From: a virus
Lineage: Duplodnaviria; Caudoviricetes
Virus record (IMG/VR): IMGVR_UViG_3300012953_000136
Span: 1 to 30,359 of that record
Length of the DNA: 30,359 nt
Reading direction: 5' to 3' (one strand)
The position numbers and the translations under genes are program-made. Each line of letters starts with the position of its first letter. The stretch's first letter is position 1. The notes beneath the pieces are model-generated. The model searched no databases. It was given only the letters and a program-made list of their open reading frames with translations, and was not told where the DNA came from. Below are positions 1-6,286 of this stretch, one piece after another.

Positions 1-507
1 CAATACCGCGAGAACTACGCGGCTCATAACGAGGACTTTGTTCCTGGTGTTTCTGAGGATCATTGGAAATTCAAAGGTGGTACTACTTACGTAGTTCCTA
101 ACTTTAAGGACTTCTCGTCCGTTAACGAGGTTGTTGCCAACCTTGAAAAACTTATTTGTTTTTCTACTCCAGCATCTGAGGAATATGTCCTTAGTTGGGA
201 CGTGGTTCCTCACACAGAAAAGGTCTGTGAATCTTGGGAATCTCCTATACAGATTTCTATAGAATCTTTCTCAGGAAAGACAACTGCTCTTAAGGTTAAT
301 GATAACCGTAAAGATGGTTGGATGAGATCAGAGATCCTCGAGCAAACTGAGTCTTGGACTATGATGAAAGAGTCCGAGAGAAAGGATTACAGAGCTACAT
401 TTTTAATGAATGATGGTGACATCGTCGAAGGCCAATCCGGATTAAAGGAATGGTTTGAAACTGCGGAGTCAGCGTTTGGTATTAAGTATTTAAAGGAGAC
501 AGCGTAA
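1..507 (+). CDS. Phage hypothetical protein, 5'-truncated (open from base 1; the track's 202 start is internal)
   Basis: Frame 1 is open from position 1 (QYRENYAAHNEDF...HWKFKGGTTY) into the 202..507 ORF; the QYRENY...WKFKGG pattern resembles a recurrent phage hypothetical family. Confidence 0.8.
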   Translation, partial: QYRENYAAHNEDFVPGVSEDHWKFKGGTTYVVPNFKDFSSVNEVVANLEKLICFSTPASEEYVLSWDVVPHTEKVCESWESPIQISIESFSGKTTALKVNDNRKDGWMRSEILEQTESWTMMKESERKDYRATFLMNDGDIVEGQSGLKEWFETAESAFGIKYLKETA

Positions 508-809
508 TGAGATCTTCAAAGAATTTTGTAATGACTGCACACGCAGATTGTGCAGGTGATATGCTTGAATTAGAAAATATTCGTAAAGCAGTTAAAATAA
601 TGAATAAAGAATTAAGACATTATAGGTATGGTTCCCGTCAGAAGAAAGACGGGTATGGGAGTCCGTACCGTCAGTTCTATGTTAAGTGTCAAGGACGTGG
701 TCCTAGAGTTCTTCCTTCACTTCGTGATGGTAGAGGCGGTCGTGGCTATGATCAGTCCCTTCCTCTTCGTCACGCCACTCATATGGATGTATACATTTAC
801 GAGAAATAA
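507..809 (+). CDS. Phage hypothetical protein (basic; VKCQGRGPR...YDQSLPL)
   Basis: AAGGAG SD upstream, TAATG overlap with the previous stop, 100 aa. Confidence 0.8.
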   Translation: MRSSKNFVMTAHADCAGDMLELENIRKAVKIMNKELRHYRYGSRQKKDGYGSPYRQFYVKCQGRGPRVLPSLRDGRGGRGYDQSLPLRHATHMDVYIYEK

Positions 810-810
810 T

Positions 811-1164
811 ATGGATTTATTTATTCAAGGTGATATTAAAGATAAGAATCTAGTAGAGATTTATATCATTAATGTATTAAAACATCTTAAAATAGATAGA
901 AGGAAATCAACTGAGATCGTAGTTAAATTCAGGAAAAAAATGCCTAAAGGATTTGGTGACTCAGTTGGCTTATGCGAAGGGGATAGAGAAGAGTGTATTA
1001 TTTCTATATCAAATAAACAGGTATTTTTTGAACAGATGCTCACCCTCGCGCACGAACTCGTGCACGCAAAACAATTTTTAAAAGGGGAATACCCTTCCGA
1101 AATGGAAGCTAAGTCCCAAGAATATGACCTATTAGGACGTTGTTTCCCATGGGAAAGAACTTAG
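811..1164 (+). CDS. Small HEXXH (zincin-like) putative metallopeptidase, 117 aa
   Basis: TLAHELVHAKQ motif plus downstream SEMEA glutamates; ATG at 811 follows the 809 stop, so the 628 start is unlikely. Confidence 0.7.
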   Translation: MDLFIQGDIKDKNLVEIYIINVLKHLKIDRRKSTEIVVKFRKKMPKGFGDSVGLCEGDREECIISISNKQVFFEQMLTLAHELVHAKQFLKGEYPSEMEAKSQEYDLLGRCFPWERT

Positions 1165-1180
1165 TATGAGATTTGTATGC

Positions 1181-1240
1181 CAATTATTTTCAATTATTTT
1201 CAAAAAAGGGGTTTACAAAGGGTCAAAAATGTGGTATAAT
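1181..1240 (+). promoter_or_regulatory. T4 early-type sigma70 promoter with A/T-tract upstream element
   Basis: GTTTACA (1211-1217), 17-bp spacer, TGTGGTATAAT (-10 at 1235-1240); (CAATTATTTT)x2 at 1181-1200. Confidence 0.9.
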
Positions 1241-1275
1241 ACACATGTATTTAATAATATAACTGAGGAGTTAGA

Positions 1276-1596
1276 ATGGATAGATTAGAATTAATCAAAA
1301 AAGCGGCACTAAAAGCCAAAGCAAAAAAACAAAATACAACAGTCGAAGAATTAGAATTTCAAGAAACAATTCGTAGGCTCGACGAACGTAAGGCTAAAAT
1401 CAAAGCCGATCAAAAAAAGATCAAGAAAGATCTTACATCACAAATGAAAAAAGCTGGACATCTAAAGGCAGGTACTTTAGATTTAAACAGTCCAGAAAAC
1501 ATGTATTACTCAGAGAAAGAAACCCAAGACTGGTTCGAAGGTTCTTCCTTAATGGATGCATATAATGCTAACAGATCAGCTGATGGAGATTATTAA
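1276..1596 (+). CDS. Early hypothetical protein, Lys-rich coiled-coil-like N-terminal half
   Basis: GAGGAG SD at 1265-1270; first gene after the early promoter. Confidence 0.85.
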   Translation: MDRLELIKKAALKAKAKKQNTTVEELEFQETIRRLDERKAKIKADQKKIKKDLTSQMKKAGHLKAGTLDLNSPENMYYSEKETQDWFEGSSLMDAYNANRSADGDY

Positions 1597-1597
1597 A

Positions 1598-1783
1598 ATG
1601 TTCGTAGCTAATTTTTTAACAGGTCCTGGTACTGATAAAACACCAGTTAACGTAAAGGTTTCATTTATAGATTATATTGTTTACCTTTTCAGTTCAAAAA
1701 GATTTTTAATTAGAATTGGTAATAAGTATAATACCAATTTTTTATCAAAGTATTATTTTGGAGGAGTAAAATATTATGGATAG
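1598..1783 (+). CDS. Hypothetical protein (61 aa, start MFVANF)
   Basis: GGAG at 1585-1588 precedes ATG 1598; fills the gap between neighbours. Confidence 0.6.
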   Translation: MFVANFLTGPGTDKTPVNVKVSFIDYIVYLFSSKRFLIRIGNKYNTNFLSKYYFGGVKYYG

Positions 1784-1967
1784 ATATTTAATAACAACAG
1801 AGCATTACATTTATGCAGATAGCGATAAGAAAGCAAAATCTCTCGCTAACTACATTCAGGGTAAGCAAAGAAAAGTATATGACAATCAATGTCATGTAAC
1901 AAAATTACAGTCAGCACCGTTTGGAAGATTTGGTTCTGATACTAACCTAATGGATGACGATGCTTAA
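1776..1967 (+). CDS. Hypothetical protein (63 aa)
   Basis: GGAGGAG SD upstream; tight packing with neighbours. Confidence 0.75.
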   Translation: MDRYLITTEHYIYADSDKKAKSLANYIQGKQRKVYDNQCHVTKLQSAPFGRFGSDTNLMDDDA

Positions 1968-2205
1968 TATAACATTTCATGAGCAATTTCCATTTGGTAT
2001 TCAAAAAGAATACAAATTTAAAAATGGATATGGTGCATCAGTTATTTGCCATAAAGGTTCTTATGGGCATAAGAGCGGTTTATGGGAGTTAGCTGTTTTA
2101 TTGGGTGATGATATTTGTTATGATACACCTATTACAGATGATGTGATAGGAAATTTAACCGAAGCACAAGTAGAGAACTATTTAGAGAGGATTAAAGCAC
2201 TATGA
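1954..2205 (+). CDS. Conserved phage hypothetical protein (FKNGYGASV...SYG...GLWELAVL...[11 protein letters not shown])
   Basis: Recognisable recurrent phage motif; start may be 1960. Confidence 0.85.
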   Translation: MTMLNITFHEQFPFGIQKEYKFKNGYGASVICHKGSYGHKSGLWELAVLLGDDICYDTPITDDVIGNLTEAQVENYLERIKAL

Positions 2206-2375
2206 GACTATTAGAAGAACATTATGGTGATGTGAGAATTTTTTCTGATAGGCCATACGGATATAAAAGATATATCGTAGAATGGCCGAATGGTAATACA
2301 ACTACTTATTCTAGTTTATGGTATAAGTTAGAAAAAGTAAAAAAACTGGTGGAGGCCAGATTGAATGATGACTGA
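2202..2375 (+). CDS. Hypothetical protein, 57 aa ([28 protein letters not shown]...), not in the ORF track
   Basis: ATGA overlap with the previous stop, GAGGA SD upstream, open to TGA 2373-2375. Confidence 0.75.
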   Translation: MRLLEEHYGDVRIFSDRPYGYKRYIVEWPNGNTTTYSSLWYKLEKVKKLVEARLNDD

Positions 2376-2640
2376 ATATGGAGCTGATGTCGAGAGACAA
2401 AGAAATCTTTTAGAAGCCGAAGAATGGGCAAAAGGTATTAAAACCGTACATGTACACCGAATGAAAAGTATGTGGTATGATGATAGACCTAAAGATACCG
2501 ATAAAAATCACGTGACTGATGTACAGTATAACGATGGAAGGATTATAAGGTCCAAACAAGGTAAAGAAATCCATACGTGGAATAATGAAGTAAAACAAGG
2601 AGACGATTTAATCGCAGCATATTTTGCTCAGGGTAAATAA
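2365..2640 (+). CDS. Hypothetical protein (91 aa)
   Basis: GGAGG SD at 2351-2355. Confidence 0.8.
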   Translation: MMTEYGADVERQRNLLEAEEWAKGIKTVHVHRMKSMWYDDRPKDTDKNHVTDVQYNDGRIIRSKQGKEIHTWNNEVKQGDDLIAAYFAQGK

Positions 2641-2657
2641 GTTTAAAAGTACTTTTT

Positions 2658-2665
2658 TATAAGTA
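2658..2665 (+). promoter_or_regulatory. Putative late promoter variant TATAAGTA
   Basis: One mismatch to the T4 late consensus TATAAATA; predicted +1 (2671-2672) coincides with the start of the downstream hairpin. Confidence 0.5.
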
Positions 2666-2671
2666 CTTTAT

Positions 2672-2731
2672 GTTGGCTAAAATCCCTAACCCTAACTCCT
2701 TATTTTATTTAGGGATTTAGCCAGCTTTTTT
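2672..2731 (+). ncRNA. Candidate small hairpin RNA with anti-Shine-Dalgarno loop (at minimum an intrinsic terminator)
   Basis: 17-bp stem GTTGGCTAAAATCCCTAA/TTAGGGATTTAGCCAGC (one bulged A, one G-U), 19-nt loop CCCTAACTCCTTATTTTAT, T6 tail. Confidence 0.55.
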
Positions 2732-2741
2732 AAAGAAGATT

Positions 2742-2843
2742 ATGAAAACATTATTAAATTTTATATTAGGAATATTAAAACTAGGATTATATTTTATAAT
2801 TGTGTGTATGATATTCGTAGTGGTGATGACTATATATGGCTAG
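2742..2843 (+). CDS. Small hydrophobic membrane peptide, 33 aa (MKTLLNFILGILKLGLYFIIVCMIFVVVMTIYG)
   Basis: Open frame filling the gap and overlapping the next start; weak SD. Confidence 0.5.
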   Translation: MKTLLNFILGILKLGLYFIIVCMIFVVVMTIYG

Positions 2844-3990
2844 AAGAATAAAATCATTAGATGAAAAGTACATGGGTTTCGAACCCGACTTTGCAGAAAC
2901 CCCAATGCCTGAGGATCCTCGGGAAAGGTCTATGCTACATTCTAAATCTACTCGATGGTATTCTTACTTCACAGATAAGAAAAAATATGTTCAGCGTGTA
3001 TATACATATTGCGCTAACACAGAATTATTTACTAAAAAAGAAATACAATATTTAAAGAAGTGTCCTGATTGGAGACTTTATATGAATGTGAAAGGTCATG
3101 CATTTGTTCGAATGCAAGAACGTGGTTGGGTTTATACGCCAGAAGAAATAGAAGATGCACATGATTTCCTTAAACAATGTATGTTAGAAGGGAAAAAGAT
3201 CTATTTAGAAAAGAAAGAAGAAAGAGATTCTAAACCTAAACCAAAGGTTATACCCCCACAAGAAAGATTAAAGAAGAAGGTAGCTACCACTATTGGAGTA
3301 GATTTCGATAGTATGGTGGTTGATAAATGGATGGAAGGTGAATATGATAAGAAGAAAATTCAATTCCCTGTTTATAGTTTATTCCAAATGCACGGATTAA
3401 AAGGTGTTGCTGCAATCAATATGTTTAAAGGTATGATTGATAGTGAATACCAAGGTGTAAAAGAAGCTTATGAAAAAACGTGTGATCAAGCAGTAGAAGC
3501 ATATTCCCACGTTAAGAAAGGTGATCAAAGAAAGATGATAGACCTTATGGATAAGATATATGAAGAGTTAGATAGAGTAAGAGAAGCTCAAAAAAGTTCA
3601 AGAATAAGAACTAAGAAACCTCGATCTAGATCCAAACAAGTAGAGAAATTAAACTTCTTACAAGAATTAGATGGATTAGAATCCATTAGCCCTTTATTAA
3701 TTCCAGAATCTAATTACTTCTGGATGTATAATGTTAAGTCTAAAAAGCTTACAGAATTTGAAACATCTTCCGCCACCGGATTTGAAGTTAGAGGTTCCAC
3801 TCTATATAACTGGGAAAAAGGCAGATGTGCTACACTGAGGAAACCAGATGAGATCATTCCTCAAATATTAAATAATGAAGTTAAACAAATTGACAAGGTC
3901 TGGAATAGTTTAACTACAAAAATAGGGAAACCTACAGGAAGAATAAACAAAGATACTATTCTTCTACGTAGAGAATTATGGAAGAGTTAA
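2836..3990 (+). CDS. Conserved hypothetical protein of T4-like phages (384 aa)
   Basis: Long ORF; C-terminal TLRKPDE...LTTK...GRINKDTILLR pattern; directly upstream of g33. Confidence 0.85.
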   Translation: MARRIKSLDEKYMGFEPDFAETPMPEDPRERSMLHSKSTRWYSYFTDKKKYVQRVYTYCANTELFTKKEIQYLKKCPDWRLYMNVKGHAFVRMQERGWVYTPEEIEDAHDFLKQCMLEGKKIYLEKKEERDSKPKPKVIPPQERLKKKVATTIGVDFDSMVVDKWMEGEYDKKKIQFPVYSLFQMHGLKGVAAINMFKGMIDSEYQGVKEAYEKTCDQAVEAYSHVKKGDQRKMIDLMDKIYEELDRVREAQKSSRIRTKKPRSRSKQVEKLNFLQELDGLESISPLLIPESNYFWMYNVKSKKLTEFETSSATGFEVRGSTLYNWEKGRCATLRKPDEIIPQILNNEVKQIDKVWNSLTTKIGKPTGRINKDTILLRRELWKS

Positions 3991-4217
3991 AACATAAGAT
4001 TATGACTAAGAAAAGATTCACTGCAGCTGTTGAAGCATGTGTTTCTAAAAATAATATGAGCTACCTAGATGCTATGACTTACATCATCGAGCAACGAGGT
4101 ATGGATTATATGAATGTGAAGAAACTATTGTCACCTGCGCTAAAAGAGAAGCTTACACAAGAGGCTACAGGCCTTAATCTAGTTAAAGTCAAAAAGAAAA
4201 ATACATTACCAATTTAA
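3978..4217 (+). CDS. 33: Late-promoter transcription co-activator gp33
   Basis: F...VE...MSYLDA...KKLLSPALKEKL..EA..LNL signature; synteny 33-59-32. Confidence 0.88.
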   Translation: MEELKHKIMTKKRFTAAVEACVSKNNMSYLDAMTYIIEQRGMDYMNVKKLLSPALKEKLTQEATGLNLVKVKKKNTLPI

Positions 4218-4219
4218 AG

Positions 4220-4249
4220 GTTTACAAACAACTTAAAATGTGGTATAAT
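4220..4249 (+). promoter_or_regulatory. T4 early-type sigma70 promoter
   Basis: GTTTACA (4220-4226), 17-bp spacer, TGTGGTATAAT (-10 at 4244-4249). Confidence 0.9.
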
Positions 4250-4274
4250 ACATTTATATTATGGAGAAAACTAT

Positions 4275-4595
4275 ATGGCAATGATTAACCTAGGAAGTTC
4301 AATGCGCTACGGGCCATCCGGCAAACGTAGAAAAACAAATGCTTGGACCACAAAGAAAAGAAAACCAACTATAACTGAAACTTTAAAACCATGCGTGCAC
4401 GCAATCGAGCGTATAGAAGCTGCTAGAAAGCATAGAGAAAAATATCCTTCTTGGACAGGTAACGCTAATTATTCTGCACCAGAAGATCAATCTTATAAGA
4501 AAGAAGTTAGTAAAAATTATACAGTTTCTATAGCATATAATAAAGGTGCTTATCAAGTTATTCCTAATAAAGATATAAAAAGTATCGGAAGATGA
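4275..4595 (+). CDS. Basic hypothetical protein (C-terminal AYNKGAYQVI)
   Basis: GGAG SD, own promoter, overlaps the g59 start. Confidence 0.85.
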   Translation: MAMINLGSSMRYGPSGKRRKTNAWTTKKRKPTITETLKPCVHAIERIEAARKHREKYPSWTGNANYSAPEDQSYKKEVSKNYTVSIAYNKGAYQVIPNKDIKSIGR

Positions 4596-5173
4596 TGGAT
4601 CCATTTGAGGTTTATAAGCTATACAATGCACTTAAGCTGCATTTTGAGCAAGATAGTTATGATGCTATTAAATATAACTTCAAGAGTAATGTCACTCCCC
4701 AATCATTCTTTAAAAGAAAAGACAAATACTTTTTTGCAAAGATAGGAAAGAACCAAAAAGATATACAGAACTTTTTCGTATTTAACTTTATAGAAGATAT
4801 GAAATATGTTGGAGATATGATGGATATAGAAGGACAACAGAACTATACCAAGCATAAGAAGATACACGAATCTTTAACACGTGAGTATGAAAAAGATATA
4901 AATAACATAGATACATCGTTTGATGAACTGCTGGTGGTGAACAATATAAACACTCCACCCAAGATCATTGAACTATGGATGGAAGAAGAAATAACATTGG
5001 AGACAGTGGTAATTCTAAATTCCATCACGGACTTTGTTAGTCGGGAAGGACGCAAGATAACCGAAACTTTGTTTTGGCCAGATGTTTCCAAGAAGATAAC
5101 AAAGTACCAACCTTTTGTAAACTTTGATAAAAGTAAATTCGTAGAATTAACCAAAAAGGGGTTTACAAATTAA
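4592..5173 (+). CDS. 59: Helicase loader gp59
   Basis: FEVYKLYNALKLHF...YDAIKY...F.KRKDKYFF N-terminus; ETVVILN motif; directly upstream of g32. Confidence 0.92.
   Translation: MMDPFEVYKLYNALKLHFEQDSYDAIKYNFKSNVTPQSFFKRKDKYFFAKIGKNQKDIQNFFVFNFIEDMKYVGDMMDIEGQQNYTKHKKIHESLTREYEKDINNIDTSFDELLVVNNINTPPKIIELWMEEEITLETVVILNSITDFVSREGRKITETLFWPDVSKKITKYQPFVNFDKSKFVELTKKGFTN
4897..4904 (+). promoter_or_regulatory. Putative late promoter inside g59, directed at g32
   Basis: Exact TATAAATA; could be a chance match in AT-rich DNA. Confidence 0.45.
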
Positions 5174-5190
5174 AAGGTATGTGGTATAAT
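5161..5190 (+). promoter_or_regulatory. T4 early-type sigma70 promoter for g32
   Basis: GTTTACA (5161-5167), 17-bp spacer, TGTGGTATAAT (-10 at 5185-5190). Confidence 0.9.
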
Positions 5191-5253
5191 ATACCTATTA
5201 TATTATGAGTAAAGTGGATAATACAGTAGATACAACGCAATACGGAGAAAAAT

Positions 5254-6144
5254 ATGTCGTTTGAAAACTTAAAGAGCTCGCGAGGCTCGTCTATTGACCA
5301 ACTCGTAAAAGCAGCAGGAGCTGTTTCAGAAAAATCAGAAACAAAATCTTATATAGATGAACGTTTCTGGAAACCAACCCAAGACAAAGCAGGTAATGGC
5401 TACGCAGTAGTTAGATTCCTACCTGCAAAAGAAGGTGAAGATCTTCCTTGGGTAAGATACTGGGATCATGGATTTAAAGGTCCAAATGGTCTTTGGTATA
5501 TCGAAAATAGCTTAACCACTATTAATCAACCTGATCCAGTTTCAGAGATGAATACTCAACTCTGGAATACAGGAAGAGAAGAGGATAAAGCTACCGCAAG
5601 GGAAAGAAAAAGACGTTTACATTATGTGTCAAACATCTTAGTAATATCTGACTCTGCTAACCCAGCAGCTGAAGGTAAAGTATTCCTTTACAGATTCGGT
5701 AAAAAAATCTTTGATAAAATCATGGATTCAATGCAACCACAATTTCAAGATGAGCAACCAGTAAATCCTTACGATTTCTGGGAAGGTGCTGATTTTAAAA
5801 TTAAAATCAGAAAAGTGGATGGTTGGACAAACTATGATGCATCAGAATTCTCTCCAGTGAGTGCATTACATAATGGTGATGATACTCTATTAGAAGAGAC
5901 TTATGGTAAAATCTATGGTCTATCAGAGTTCACAAATCCAAGTAACTTTAAATCTTATGATGAGCTTAAAGCTAAATTGAATAGAGTTCTTGGAGTTAGT
6001 GCAGGTATTAGCGCACCAGAACCAGTCGTAGCGGCTACAATGGCAGCGCCTGAAATAGAAACTGCACCCGTATCAGAACCTGAAAGTAATTCAGAAGAGG
6101 ATGATACATTGAGTTATTTTGCTAAACTAGCAAATGATTCATAA
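5254..6144 (+). CDS. 32: Single-stranded DNA-binding protein gp32
   Basis: DERFWKP..DKAGNGYAVVRFLP, HGFKG..G.WYIEN, GKVFLYRFGKKIFDKI, acidic tail EEDDTLSYFAKLA. Confidence 0.97.
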   Translation: MSFENLKSSRGSSIDQLVKAAGAVSEKSETKSYIDERFWKPTQDKAGNGYAVVRFLPAKEGEDLPWVRYWDHGFKGPNGLWYIENSLTTINQPDPVSEMNTQLWNTGREEDKATARERKRRLHYVSNILVISDSANPAAEGKVFLYRFGKKIFDKIMDSMQPQFQDEQPVNPYDFWEGADFKIKIRKVDGWTNYDASEFSPVSALHNGDDTLLEETYGKIYGLSEFTNPSNFKSYDELKAKLNRVLGVSAGISAPEPVVAATMAAPEIETAPVSEPESNSEEDDTLSYFAKLANDS

Positions 6145-6195
6145 AAAGTCTAGATATTTGGCCTGAATAAGGCCTACAAACTAGAAACTTTTAAG

Positions 6196-6219
6196 AGGAG
6201 GCTTCGGCCTCCTTTTTTT
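6196..6219 (+). terminator. Intrinsic terminator with C(UUCG)G tetraloop
   Basis: AGGAGGC-TTCG-GCCTCCT followed by a T run, downstream of g32. Confidence 0.92.
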
Positions 6220-6286
6220 ATGCGTGCTTAGAAAGTTGATTCTTATAGATATATTGAGTGCCTGAGAAAAGGGACCATACAAGATT

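Noticed and set aside
628-810. N-terminal extension of the 628..1164 ORF
   Set aside because: Lies within the well-supported 507..809 gene; ATG 811 fits better
2684-2714. Telomere-like (CCCTAA)2 / TTAGGG
   Set aside because: Only two units, explained by the hairpin; no telomeric context
861-5154. Short antisense or nested ORFs (861-1043, 2410-2598, 2861-3055, 4383-4631, 4843-5154)
   Set aside because: Overlap better-supported genes; no RBS or recognisable motifs
6244-6251. TATAGATA, late-promoter-like, pointing antisense into the tape-measure-like gene
   Set aside because: Mismatched box with no credible downstream gene or structure
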